This document shows, one piece after another, positions 11,045-24,452 of a DNA stretch of 48,788 nucleotides. The DNA comes from Octopus bimaculoides (lineage: Eukaryota), in assembly GCF_001194135.2 (NCBI RefSeq), contig NC_069008.1, positions 5,899,878 through 5,948,665 of the forward strand, read 5' to 3'. The notes under the pieces were generated by a model, which had not been told where the DNA came from, did not search any database, and saw nothing but the letters and a program-made list of their open reading frames with translations. Position 1 is the first letter of the stretch. Every line of letters begins with the position of its first letter. Position numbers and translations under genes: made by a program.

Positions 11045-11377
11045 GTTTCACTCATTTGACTGTGGCCATGCTGGAGCACTGCCTTAAAGGGTCTTTGTAG
11101 CTGAAGAAATCGACCCCAGGACTTATTCTTTGTAAGCCCAGTACTTATTCTGTTCATCTCTTTTGCCAAACTGCTAAGTTATGGGGGATGTAAACACACC
11201 AACATTGGTTGTCAAGTGATGGTGGTGGAGGGACAAATACAGCCACAGAGACACACACACACATATGCATATACACACATATATATATATATATATATAT
11301 ACAATGGGCTTCTTTCAGTTTCTGTCTACCATATCCTCTCACAATGCTTTGGTTGACCCAAGTCTATAGTAGAAGAC
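11045..11377 (-). mobile_element. SINE family A, head lost in gap
   Basis: Same body and tail as 3338-3734. Confidence 0.8.
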
Positions 11378-12657
11378 NNNNNNNNNNNNNNNNNNNNNNN
11401 NNNNNNNNNNNNNNNNNNNNNNNNNNNNNNNNNNNNNNNNNNNNNNNNNNNNNNNNNNNNNNNNNNNNNNNNNNNNNNNNNNNNNNNNNNNNNNNNNNNN
11501 NNNNNNNNNNNNNNNNNNNNNNNNNNNNNNNNNNNNNNNNNNNNNNNNNNNNNNNNNNNNNNNNNNNNNNNNNNNNNNNNNNNNNNNNNNNNNNNNNNNN
11601 NNNNNNNNNNNNNNNNNNNNNNNNNNNNNNNNNNNNNNNNNNNNNNNNNNNNNNNNNNNNNNNNNNNNNNNNNNNNNNNNNNNNNNNNNNNNNNNNNNNN
11701 NNNNNNNNNNNNNNNNNNNNNNNNNNNNNNNNNNNNNNNNNNNNNNNNNNNNNNNNNNNNNNNNNNNNNNNNNNNNNNNNNNNNNNNNNNNNNNNNNNNN
11801 NNNNNNNNNNNNNNNNNNNNNNNNNNNNNNNNNNNNNNNNNNNNNNNNNNNNNNNNNNNNNNNNNNNNNNNNNNNNNNNNNNNNNNNNNNNNNNNNNNNN
11901 NNNNNNNNNNNNNNNNNNNNNNNNNNNNNNNNNNNNNNNNNNNNNNNNNNNNNNNNNNNNNNNNNNNNNNNNNNNATGCATAAGAGATGCAGCAATATTA
12001 AAAGAAGATTAACAAAGTAGTCTTTGTGTGTGATAGATGTGTAGGTACAATAAACATTAAGAATCTACAGAAAATAGACTTCCTCAAATGTCCAGTGGGA
12101 GATCCTTAGTTTAGTAAATAGCTTCTGTTAATTAGGTGATCAAATTAGCAGTGGAGGATGAAGCTTTGAAAATATAGTTGCTAGAATAAGAATGAACTGG
12201 GTAACGTTTAGATTGCTTTCTTCTATAGGTACGAGGTTTCTAAATTTGTGGGGAGGGGGTAAGTCAATCATATTGACCCTGGTGTTTCACTGGTACTTGA
12301 TTTAATCGACCTCGAGAGGATGAACGAAGGCGAAGTCAACCTTGCTGGCATTTGATCTCAGAATGTAAAGACGAATGAAATACCATTAAACATTTCGTCT
12401 GGCATGCTAATGATTCTAACAGCTTACCCACCTAGCTTCTCCATGTCACTTATTAATACATTGTAATCAAATGTTTATGCCTAATAAACATTATTCCAAC
12501 AAGTTGTCTAAATATTAATTAGACAACCTAATGAACTGACAGAAATACAGAAATGTTTTGTTTGTGTTTCAAATAATGAAGTAAACATCATCTCCCTGAA
12601 ACTTGAATATTTTCACAAAGCTGAATGTTTTCTTTATATTTCATTACAGATTCACTA

Positions 12658-14675
12658 TGGAAGACCAAGCAGGAAACACTTCAAGAAGACTTACACCTCA
12701 GAAAAGAGCTTTCTCTGACTCAAAATCAAAATGGGATGAAGAAGGAGTTGAGAAGAAAAGGTGTAAATATGAGAGTGATGATGGTTCAAAGAGAGAAATG
12801 TCAGAGAAACGAGCTTCATCTCAGTCAACAACAAAACAAAAAAGACAAAAAGGAGACCATAAAAACTGGGAAATAATTGGAAGACAAGATGTTTTTGACA
12901 AACACATATTTTATAAAAGATCAAATGCATATGAAGACAAAATGAATTTGCTGATAAATTCTCGGGAAAAAATATGTACTTTTTTAAAAAGTGTTGGTTT
13001 GGACGAGAATAACTTTCTTAAAGATTTTACACAGAGAATAGAAATTCTGCAGAAAGACATTAAGAAAAATGATTACAGTCAAGATTTTATTATTATAGGA
13101 AAACTTGAATGGTTTCTGGAACAATACATAAAGACAAATGTTTTGCAAGACAAACACAAAACCATTGAAATACCAAAAATATACAATAAATTTCGACCTC
13201 TTTGTCCGGTTATGACCAGAGAAGCGAAGATCAATGAATCTGGTGAAGAATTTGACAAAAGCATGATAATATCCAATATTATTGTAATACAGCGGGGAGT
13301 GATTACCTATTCCCACCATTGTATGACAGTATGTTGTGTGACAAGAGACGGTGACAGAAATTATGTTCATTGCCCATCGTCTGTCACCGATTTCACCAGA
13401 ATCGGTCAAGATACAGTTCTGGCCACCCTCCCCTTCCGAAAATTAATTATTATTATCAACCCTTCAAGTTTTAATATTAAAACACTTCAATTTGGTTTTT
13501 TCTTGATTTCTTACTTGGAATATTCTACACTTATAGGTGTAGAAATGTTTGGTAAGACTGTTTACCAAATTGATTGGGAAGATAATAGAATTATCACTCA
13601 ATTCATTGCCAAAGAGACACCTGCAAATATTGCTGTAGGTCCACAAGGTAACCTGTTAATAGCATTTGCCAATATTAACAGGGTTACCTGTTATATTCTG
13701 GATGGCCAGCAGTTATTTGAGGTAGAGACCCATTCTCTGAATCTCCCAACCAACATCACTGTGTACCAAAACCATTTCTATGTCCTCCAGGGACAAATTA
13801 TTTACAGGATTTCAGCTAAAGGTGGTGTGACAATGAGGGACATTGGCAGGAAATGTCGGTATTTTTGTGTTTGTTCAGATATCATTTTCTTGACTGACTA
13901 TTTTGGAGTTCTGCGTATTATAAGGAAAACTAAAGATTTTTGGTTCAAGTCATCTTACTGCAACCAGCTATGTACATCAAGTCTGATCAACCATATATAT
14001 ATTGAGGATTTCTATAATGTCAAAAATATTCTACCTATGTCAACATCTTCCATATTAATACTCTACGGGAATAAGAAAGCTACATTATTCTCTGATAATG
14101 CGGAAATAATTAGCCACAATTATTTAACTTTCAATTCCTCACCTTCTGCACTTTGTAGATTGAACTCAAACAGATTTCTGGTCTTTTATCATGAAATGAA
14201 AGGATTTCAGTGTATCACCTGTCCTGAACTAAGAAAAGGTCCTTTAATAAAGGTCCAAACTGATTACATTGAAATATGTCATATTGTATCAAATAAGTGT
14301 TTAGCTGTGACCACCACTGAAAACAAAAACGAGATCCATATCCTATTGATCAAGGAGGACAAAGTTGACATTATAGAAAGAATTTCTCTGGGACATTATA
14401 ATGTCACCATTGCTGCAACTCCAATTAATTTTGTAGTCGTAGATAGAAGGGAAAATAAAATGGTATTCTATTCCACATGTGGTGAAGAACTTTTTNNNNN
14501 NNNNNNNNNNNNNNNNNNNNNNNNNNNNNNNNNNNNNNNNNNNNNNNNNNNNNNNNNNNNNNNNNNNNNNNNNNNNNNNNNNNNNNNNNNNNNNNTTAAT
14601 TTATATTTTTATATTTGTTGGTCATCAAAAAATGTTATTTTCTATTTGCTTCTATCTAGAAATGAAAGGAAATGA
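12658..14675 (+). CDS. Paralogous single-coding-exon gene: basic/NLS-like N-terminus, coiled coil, two NHL-like beta-propeller modules
   Basis: ATG at 12658 (MEDQAGN), 8 nt after a strong acceptor (ttctttatatttcattacag, ending 12649). Contains an NHL-like blade (PANIAVGPQGNLLIAFANINRVTCYILDGQQLF). HCPSSVTDFTRIGQDTVLATLP aligns with SLPSPATDICRWDSHQIGVTLP of the first ORF. The frame is assumed across the N gap 14496-14595, so the stop position is less certain. Confidence 0.75.
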
Positions 14676-15698
14676 CTACTCTTCTCTTCACATTTTGCTT
14701 TTGTCACCCGGACATCAATGTTCTCAAACTGATTTATTTTCCATTACATTTCAGACAGATTAAGGGCCGAATTGCCAAAGCAGAAATATTGTTAGAGCAA
14801 ATATTCTGCTCAATACCACAATTTTGTTTGTCAGCAGCTTGACTTTAACCACTTGAGCATATCCCTTAATGCTTGACAATATGTGCATCTCTGATGACGA
14901 GCAGGAATATTTGGGGAACACAATAGCCATGTGTTGAGAAGGATTCTTTGGAGGGTTTGAATAATTACTGTAACAAAAGCAAAGTTTGAAGGAAATATTC
15001 GCCATTTTTCATACTTTCAAAGGGCAAGAAAATAAGAAGTAACAACTGCAACCTAAGGACAAAAATCATGTTACACAAGGATATCAATCTGGAGAAAATA
15101 CAAATACACCAGGCTAACAAATGCTTTTCTGATCGCTATAGAACTATAGGTAAATCCAAACGGGAGATCTGAAGTGGAAGTCTGTTTCCAGTTGAATTTG
15201 TAAATCCTTACTTACAAAACCAACTTAAATATGGTAAGTTGTCACAGAGTGATATACAAAAACAAAAAGGTCATAAATAAGAGGATTCATTTATCGGTGC
15301 ACCACAGACTTACAGTCGTTTCTGATAAAAATTTTGGGTGCATTCGTAGTTCTGTTTACTCAACATGTTGACTGATCGATTGAAAATAGTGAAAGAACGT
15401 TAAAAATGCTGTCATCTTTGGAATTCAGCACATCGGGTGCCAAAGTAAATAGAAACGAAAGCAATAAAAAGGTATGGAAAGAGCTGGAGGTAGACACACA
15501 CACGCACACACTTACCTATGTAAATATATACTCTGTGTGTGTGTGTGTGTGAATCTGTTGGTTATTAAGATTCAAAACGATGGAAAACAAAACAAAAAAA
15601 CAAAAACATCGAATGCAACAACATGCAAGATGACCGCAATGTCAAATATGCAGTTATGAATTATCAAAACAACAATAACAACTCATAATTATACAAAC

Positions 15699-15750
<52 letters not shown>

Positions 15751-16602
15751 TATTCAGACAAATACATAACAAAAACACCAGGACTTACAAATATATATAA
15801 CATACAGAAAATTGCACTACTGGGCATTGCACACATCCTACGCAAAACACTTTCAATACAGTAACCATAAGAGCACCACAGCAAACCACAGCACATACCC
15901 AAGGCACACAGAGCTGCGCTCGGTAGTGAAGTGAAAGCACGTTATAAAAATAAAACTACTGAACCATAATAATAATAATAATAAAACAACAACAATGACA
16001 GTTTCAAATTTTGGGCCAAGGCCATAATTAATAATTATCAATATTAATAACAACAACAATGGTAATTGTTGTTTCTTTCATTGGCCAACAGGGCCCCAAT
16101 ACAATGGAGGACAATAGAAAGCATGAAAGAGAAACACACACACAACATGACAGTAGGGGATGGGAACAGTTTGGGTTTCCATTGAACCAAACGAGCATAA
16201 CCGAAAAAAGTAAAACAGAAAAATAAAAAACCCAATAAGAAAAAGAAAAACTTCTCTAACAAAAGTGGGGAAGACCATTTTGGGTAAATCAGGGATCTGC
16301 CCCACTCCACACAAAAAAAAAAGGGCTTGGCTCTCCTCTCTTGCTACATAAAAAGAAAAGCATACTCAAAGAAGACCCAATCAAGTCCTGTTGGTCTTGC
16401 TGCTTCCACTACATAGGGGGCAGACATGGCTGTGTGGTTAAGAAACCAATTTTCCAACCATGTGCTCTTGGGATCGGTTCCACTGCGTAGCACCTTGGGC
16501 AGTGCCTTCTGCTAAAGCTCAGGGTGGACCAAAGCTTTGTGAAAGGATTTGGTAGATGAAAATTGAAAGGGGCTCATGTGAGGATGTATATGTTTGTGTC
16601 CA

Positions 16603-16900
16603 GACATTGTGAAGGTGCATGGTTCAGTGGTTAGAGTGCCAGGCTCACAATCATGACATAGTGTTCTTGAGCAAGACACTTTATTTCATGTTGCGCAAGT
16701 TCGCTCATCTGTAGAAAGGAGTTATGACATCACTGGTGCCAAGCTGTATCGGCCCCTTTGCCTTTCCCTTGGATAACATCAGTGGCATGGAGAGGGGAGG
16801 CTGGTATGCATGGGCGACTGCTGGTCTTCCATAAACAACCTTGCCTAGACTTGTGCCTCAGAGGGGAACATTCTAGGTGCAATCCCATGGTCATTTCATG
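16603..16900 (+). mobile_element. tRNA-derived SINE, family E; reverse partial copies at 35000-35330
   Basis: Head TGGTTCAGTGGTTAG, CTTGAGCAAGACACTT core; body shared with 35000-35330 on the minus strand. Confidence 0.6.
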
Positions 16901-17644
16901 AATGAAAGGTATCTTTACTCTTGTCTAGTCAGAAACAAGCACCACAGTCATACAAGAGAAATGGTTCATTTCCAGTCTTTCATGGAAAACATTTCTTTTG
17001 CTAAACACACCCACAATGCGGGCGTCAGCTGCACCTTATTCTCTACCATCCACATTCTCTTCAAGTTACCCTCATAGAAGTGGATGAGAGCTTGGCCAGA
17101 GAGGACGACACTTGTCTTTAACCCTTTAACATTTATATTATTCTGGCAAGCCGGTGGCATGTAAAACCACCCACTACACTCTCTGAGTGGTTGGCGTTAG
17201 GAAGGGCATCCAGCTGTAGAAACTCTGCCAAATCAGATTGGAGCCTGGTGTAGCCTTCTGGTTTCATCAGTCCTCAGTCAAATCGTCCAACCCATGCTAG
17301 CATGGAAAGCGGACGTTAAACGACAATGATGATGATGATGATGTCAAACGTGATGCTTATTTGTTCACATTGTTCTGAATCAATCATGCAGATGTGATTG
17401 TATAAGTTTAGAATGACATTGTAGGGGAAATGTGTGTGGCCAAATGTAGCCAGTCTGAGCATAAAGGGAGTAGAATAATTGAGCCAGATATGGCCAGTGC
17501 CAAAAGTTAGAAATAAAATAATACTCAAGACCTTTAGCAATCAGATTTCTCTGTCAAATGTTAATGCTTATCTATTCACATTGTTTTGAATAAATCTTGC
17601 ATTACTCTGTGAGAGATTTCAATGACATGATTACTCTTTTACTT

Positions 17645-17772
17645 GTTACAGTCATTTGACTGCGGCCATGCTGGAGCACCGCCTTTTAGTTGAGCTAATC
17701 GACCCCAGGACTTATTCTATCGGTTGTCAAGCGATGTTGGGGGGACAAACAGACACACAAACACATACACAT

Positions 17773-17804
<32 letters not shown>

Positions 17805-17963
17805 GACGGGCTTCTTTCAGTTTCCATCTACCAAATCCACTCACACGGCTTTGGTCGGCCTGAGGCTATAGTAGAAGACACTTGCCCAAAGTGTCATGCA
17901 GCGGGACTGAACCCGGAACCATGTGGTTGGTAAGCAAGCTACTTGCCACACAGCCACTCCTAC
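17645..17963 (-). mobile_element. SINE family A, inserted into a piggyBac-type MITE
   Basis: Same head and tail; MITE halves at 17536-17640 and 17965-18059. Confidence 0.8.
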
Positions 17964-18567
17964 TGTGTAAGATGCGTGCAAGAGGTCAGATGCGGCCAGT
18001 TTGAACGTAAAACAAGTAGAACATTTGAGCCAGGTATGACTGGTTTAAATGCTGAAGGGTTAAACCTTACAGACAATTCCACTAAAACATACCTTTCACC
18101 AAAGCCAGCAGAGGTGGGGGGGGGGGAACTAATCAGAACTATTTCTCATACATAGCAAAACTTTGAAGGAAAAGTAGTTTGATGATTAATTTCTTGAAAC
18201 ATGGTCTTTGCTTCCATTTTGAAAACAAGGAAGAATTTAATGAAATAACTTTGTCATTAACGACCCTCCAATTAATTACAAGATATTATCATCTTCATGG
18301 GTCATGCCTGATGACTGCGCCAAGATGTCAGATGTGTTACAAAACGTTGTTTGGTATCTCCCCAGCACAAGAAACCATTAGTAGCACATAAAAACATGGA
18401 TTGTCTATTAAATAATATGAATCTCTCACCAGATGGAGTACTTTTTTGCTGATTTTACCATCACAAAACAACACATTAGCTACACACACACACATATGCA
18501 TATATATATATATATATATACACATACATACACATATGCATATATATATATATACACACATACAAAT

Positions 18568-18615
<48 letters not shown>

Positions 18616-18974
18616 GCATACACACAAACACACACACACAAATATAAACTATATTTAAACACAGATATATGGAAGGTGGAAAGAAAAGACCCATGCACAT
18701 CTTATATCAAACCTGAAAACAAAACCGAAACATTGAAACATGCTCCTCCACACCACCCCTACCACACTGCCGCCACCACCACAAACCATTATCTCAGCCC
18801 ATGGTTGGTTCAATACAGAGCAGGAACAGCACACTTAGTGAGAGCTTGAGAGAGAGAGAGAGAGAGAGAGGACCTGCAATCATGTGGCTGGGAAGCTGTC
18901 TGTTCCTCAACAGACAGCCATGTCTGGCACCTACAGACATTGCTCTTCAAAATTCCTGTTTTGTGTTTTTTGTC

Positions 18975-19012
18975 TCACACAGCCTCATGCCTAAATCTGC
19001 AACAGCGTCCCC
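18975..19012 (-). CDS. Candidate terminal coding exon of PPIP5K (GRCCRFRHEAV*)
   Basis: Strong acceptor TTTGTTCTCTTAG; the phase-1 frame stops after 12 codons; downstream minus-strand sequence looks UTR-like. The true last exon could instead lie in the gap 19925-20582. Confidence 0.25.
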
Positions 19013-20605
19013 CTAAGAGAACAAATTTCAGTGACTGCAAACGAATTGTGTTAAGCAGTAGAGAAAGAAAGTCAGTTGTTTCTTGCAACAAATATGCCTG
19101 AAGCGAAATTTTTTTTCTTGGCTCCCTAAAATGCTACTGTGGGTCGTCTAATTGACTTTTATGGCTGCAGAGACCATAAAAAAAAAATCTTATATGAACC
19201 CCAGTTGAAACCCACTGATATATATACATTCGTGTCTGTGTGTGTGTTCATTTGTTCATTTTTTACATCTATTTTCTCATGTCAGCATGGCTTAGATGAA
19301 GTATAATTTAACAGCTTGCAGCCAGATGCATTTTCAGTTATTAATACCATAAAAAAAAAATTTTTTAACTGTTTTTTGCTTCTTCTGTTTTTTTTTTTTA
19401 CCTTTTCAAGTGAGAGTGAGGAATGTGAGGTCTCTTATTTTACACACTTTCGAAGGTGCAAAGCCAGCAGATGATTTGATGGGCAGGAAACATCACAACA
19501 AACACAATATCACTATTTGGGACAATATTCTGAGAACAGGTAAACTATGAAATAGTAGTCATGGCTCTGATGCCAGTGTCACAAAACTGGCACCCATGTT
19601 AGTGGCACATAAAAGGCACCTTCTGAGCATTGAGCCCCACAGAAACAATGGCAAGAAGCTCATAATATCTATCTATCTATATATATATATATATATTTGT
19701 GTGTGTGTATCCACCCCACTGTTGCCATCACATGACAACAGGTGCTGGTGTGTTTATGTCTCCTTAACTTAGCAGTTTGGCAAAGGAGACCATTAGAATA
19801 AGTACTAGGCTTACAAAGAATAAGTTCTTTGACTAAAGACCCTTTAAAGTGGTGCTCCAGTATGGCTGCAGTCAAATGACTGAAACAAATATAAGTATAT
19901 ATATATATATATATATATATATATNNNNNNNNNNNNNNNNNNNNNNNNNNNNNNNNNNNNNNNNNNNNNNNNNNNNNNNNNNNNNNNNNNNNNNNNNNNN
20001 NNNNNNNNNNNNNNNNNNNNNNNNNNNNNNNNNNNNNNNNNNNNNNNNNNNNNNNNNNNNNNNNNNNNNNNNNNNNNNNNNNNNNNNNNNNNNNNNNNNN
20101 NNNNNNNNNNNNNNNNNNNNNNNNNNNNNNNNNNNNNNNNNNNNNNNNNNNNNNNNNNNNNNNNNNNNNNNNNNNNNNNNNNNNNNNNNNNNNNNNNNNN
20201 NNNNNNNNNNNNNNNNNNNNNNNNNNNNNNNNNNNNNNNNNNNNNNNNNNNNNNNNNNNNNNNNNNNNNNNNNNNNNNNNNNNNNNNNNNNNNNNNNNNN
20301 NNNNNNNNNNNNNNNNNNNNNNNNNNNNNNNNNNNNNNNNNNNNNNNNNNNNNNNNNNNNNNNNNNNNNNNNNNNNNNNNNNNNNNNNNNNNNNNNNNNN
20401 NNNNNNNNNNNNNNNNNNNNNNNNNNNNNNNNNNNNNNNNNNNNNNNNNNNNNNNNNNNNNNNNNNNNNNNNNNNNNNNNNNNNNNNNNNNNNNNNNNNN
20501 NNNNNNNNNNNNNNNNNNNNNNNNNNNNNNNNNNNNNNNNNNNNNNNNNNNNNNNNNNNNNNNNNNNNNNNNNNNNNNNNNNTTTGCGGATAAATAACGA
20601 CCTAC

Positions 20606-20692
20606 CCTCTTCATTTTGCACTCGATAAGCGGTCACTAGGTCAGGTGCACTAGCTGACCCGGTCAGCACGCTGGTCAGCAATAGGCCAGTCA
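20606..20692 (-). CDS. PPIP5K: PPIP5K exon with conserved GL(L/F)xTSVLxGSxSAPxL motif (TGLLLTSVLTGSASAPDLVTAYRVQNEE)
   Basis: CTTTCTTTTCTCTCAG acceptor, GTAGGT donor, 87 nt, phase 1-1. Resembles vertebrate PPIP5K GLFSTSVLGGSSSAPNL (recalled). Confidence 0.85.
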
Positions 20693-21040
20693 CTGAGAGA
20701 AAAGAAAGCAGGTTTCGGTTGGTTAAAAAGTATGGGGGAGGGGAGGAGAAGGAGGCCACAAATAATCAGGGGGGGGTTGTCTTGACATTTTTTTGTACCT
20801 CCCTCCCCACACACTGGGTTCAAGGTTGATGTTAGTAGGTTTTTTTAATTTTTATATATTTTACTAATTTATTACTATTATGTTGTGTCTGAGGAGAGTC
20901 ATTTTCTTTTTGCGCCTTAAAATTTAACACACTCACCGTTAAAATTTCCACTTATTTCTTATTTTTATTTCTATTTTCCTATTATTATTATTAGTTTATC
21001 ATTATTAATTATTATTATTATTATTATTATTATCATATTG

Positions 21041-21401
21041 AGGTGGTGAGCTGGCAGAATTGTTAGCACGCCAGACATAAATGCTTAGTGGTATTTCACC
21101 TGTCCTTACATTCCAAGTTCAAATTCCACCGAGTTCCACCTTGCTTTTCATCTTTTCAAGGTCGATAAAATAAGTACCAGGTAAGTACTGAGTCCAATGT
21201 AACTGACTCTCCCCAACCTCCCAAATTTCAAGCCTTGTGCCTAGACAAGAAAGGATTGTTATTATTATTATTATTGGTTTGGATGTGGTGTGATGATGAA
21301 AGAGCAACAACTCTTCAAATATGCCCAATATATTTGTTTGTTTTTTTTAATTCCTTTCAGGGTCAATAAATTAGGAACCTTGTGACAAAATTTGAAACCA
21401 C

Positions 21402-21462
<61 letters not shown>

Positions 21463-22790
21463 ATCATTATTAAGGTGGTGAGCTGGCAGAGTCATTAGCA
21501 TGCTCGGCAAACTGCTTAGTGGCATTTCATCTGTCTTTACATTCTGAGTTCAAATTCCGCTGAGGTCGGACCAGTTACGAACTGGGGTCGATGTAATGTA
21601 CTTCTCTCCTGCCACAAAATTTCAAGCCTTGTGCTTATAGTAGAAAAGATAATTATCTTCGTTATTATTAAGGCAGTGAGCCGGCAGAATCGTTAGCCTG
21701 CCAAACAAAATACTGAGAAGCGTTTTACCCATCTTCATGCTCCAAGTTCAAATTCTGCTGGGGGCAATCAAGTAGGTACCAGTAGCAAACTGGGGCTCAT
21801 GTAATTGCTTATAACATGGATTATTTTCATCATCAACATCATCAGCATCGTTGTCCGATTACTGATTTAGCAGAATACTTAGAGCACGAGATAGAATACC
21901 ACGTCGTACTAATTCCATTTCATAACATTCTAGGTTCAAATTCTATCGATGCCAACTTCATCTCTCATCTCTCTAGAGTCGATAAAATGAAGTACCAGTT
22001 AAGTATGGAGAGGCAGCAAGATAGGTAACAGTATTGGCTGACTCCTTCCCTTCAAAATTATTAGTCCTATACCTAAATTATAAACAATTTAAGGTGGTGC
22101 TCCAGCATGGCCACGGTTAAATGACTGAAACAAGTGAAAGAATTTAATAAGAGAAATGCTTCTCGTAACCAAGCCTTTTAAATAATAATAGTAGTAATAA
22201 TAATAATAATAATTATTATTATTATTGTCATTATTATTTCCGGTGGCAAGCTAGCAGAACCATTAGCACACCAGGCAAAATGCTTCGCTGCATTTCATTT
22301 GTCTATGTTCTGAGTTCAAATTCTGCCGAGGTCAGCTTTGCTTTTCATCCTTTCGGAGCCAATAAATTAAGTACCATTTGAGTACTGGGATCAATCTAAT
22401 CAACTTAACCCCTCCTCAAGCAAAACTGTTAAGCCTTGTGCCTTTAGTAGAAAGGATTATTATTATTATTATTTTTATTATTACGACAATCAACTAGTCC
22501 CTTCAAAATTTCAGGCCTTGTGCCTTATGTAGAAAGGGGTCATTACTGTAATTATTAGGGTGTCGAGCCAGTAGAGTCGTTACTATGCCAAACAAAATAA
22601 TTATAAGCATTTCTTCAGATTTTTATATTCCGAGTTCAAATGACATGGATGTTGGCTTTGCCATTCACCCCTTCAGGGTTGATAAAATAAGCACCAGTGA
22701 GTAGTGGGGCTGATGTAACTGGCTTAACCACCCCCTCTCCCAAAATTGCTAGCCTTGTGGTTAAATTTGGAACCTTAATTATTACTATTA
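21041..22790 (+). mobile_element. Head-to-tail cluster of about 6 SINE family B copies separated by (ATT)n
   Basis: Repeated GGTGGTGAGCTGGCAGAAT.GTTAGCA ... GTTCAAATTC ... GCTTTTCATC.TTT..GTCGATAAA.TAAGTACCAG units starting near 21041, 21473, 21670, 21870, 22243 and 22560. Confidence 0.8.
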
Positions 22791-22857
22791 TAATCAACAA
22801 GGCCCCCTCAAATTTTCAGGCTTTGTGGCTACAGTAGGAAGAGTTACTCTTTTACGT

Positions 22858-23232
22858 GTTTCAGTCATTTGACTGTGGCCATGCTGGAGCACCGCCTTTA
22901 GTTGAACAAATTGACCCCAGGAATTGTTCTTTATAAGCCTAGTACTTATTCTGTCAGGTGTCTTTTGCTGAACCATTAAGTTATGGGGACATAAACACAC
23001 CAATATCGGTTGTCAAATTTTGGTGAGGGGAACAAACACAGACGCACACACACACATATATATACATATACATATATACGACGGGCTTCTTTCAGTTTCC
23101 GTTCATCAAATCCACTGACAAGGCCTTGGTTGGCCTGAGGTTATAGTAGAAGACACTTGCCCAAGGTGTCATGCAGTGGGACTGAACCCAGAACCATATG
23201 GTTGGGAAGCAGGCTTCTTACCACACAGCCAC
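22858..23232 (-). mobile_element. SINE family A
   Basis: Same head, body and tail. Further partial copies at 16415-16590(+), 19730-19890(+), 29640-29760(-), 34049-34128(-), 36445-36585(+). Confidence 0.82.
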
Positions 23233-23233
23233 A

Positions 23234-23269
<36 letters not shown>

Positions 23270-23569
23270 CAAAGTGGTGATCTTCCCAGATAATTATTAT
23301 TATTATTCTAGACAAAATGCTTAACGGCATTTCTTTAGATGTCTCATTGAATTCAAATGATGGCTGAGGTTGACTTAGTCTTCAAACATTTCCAGATGGA
23401 TAAAATGAGAACCAGTCCAAATCAGGGTTAATGTAATTGACTTCCCCACCCAGAGAATTTGCAGGCCTTGTGCCAAAATAAGGCTGAATTTGAACCCACA
23501 GTGTAGCGATGAGCGAAATACCACTAAGCATTTTATCCAGCACGCTAACGGTTTTGCCAGCTCACCACC

Positions 23570-23605
<36 letters not shown>

Positions 23606-24417
23606 TGATAATAATAAGAACAATAAAAATAATAATTTTTACAAATTATGCATTTCTAATTTTTTTTAAGCAACCATTTAATAATTGATAATATTAAAAA
23701 TAATAACAATTTTATATATTTTGGGTTATATTTTTTAAATATATAATAAAATAAAAACTATAATTATAATTATAAACAATAAGGTCTTGATTTATAATCG
23801 AAGAACTGTGATGTGTGACATTTTGGAGAGAATAAACCCAAGAAGAACAAAGCAAAAAAAAAAAAAAAAAAAANNNNNNNNNNNNNNNNNNNNNNNNNNN
23901 NNNNNNNNNNNNNNNNNNNNNNNNNNNNNNNNNNNNNNNNNNNNNNNNNNNNNNNNNNNNNNNNNNNNNNNNNNNNNNNNNNNNNNNNNNNNNNNNNNNN
24001 NNNNNNNNNNNNNNNNNNNNNNNNNNNNNNNNNNNNNNNNNNNNNNNNNNNNNNNNNNNNNNNNNNNNNNNNNNNNNNNNNNNNNNNNNNNNNNNNNNNN
24101 NNNNNNNNNNNNNNNNNNNNNNNNNNNNNNNNNNNNNNNNNNNNNNNNNNNNNNNNNNNNNNNNNNNNNNNNNNNNNNNNNNNNNNNNNNNNNNNNNNNN
24201 NNNNNNNNNNNNNNNNNNNNNNNNNNNNNNNNNNNNNNNNNNNNNNNNNNNNNNNNNNNNNNNNNNNNNNNNNNNNNNNNNNNNNNNNNNNNNNNNNNNN
24301 NNNNNNNNNNNNNNNNNNNNNNNNNNNNNNNNNNNNNNNNNNNNNNNNNNNNNNNNNNNNNNNNNNNNNNNNNNNNNNNNNNNNNNNNNNNNNNNNNNNN
24401 NNNNNNNNNNNNNNNNN

Positions 24418-24452
<35 letters not shown>

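Noticed and set aside
14760-15005. Minus-strand ORF with a TTTTGTTACAG acceptor as the PPIP5K last exon
   Set aside because: No PPIP5K-like sequence in either open frame, and it would overlap the 3' region of the plus-strand gene.
14676-15330. Decayed continuation of the second propeller ORF (DNMCISDDE vs KDIDISDEG; FQTD vs LQTD)
   Set aside because: The spacing between the matching words differs by about 30 residues and all frames contain several stops; the similarity is not convincing by eye.
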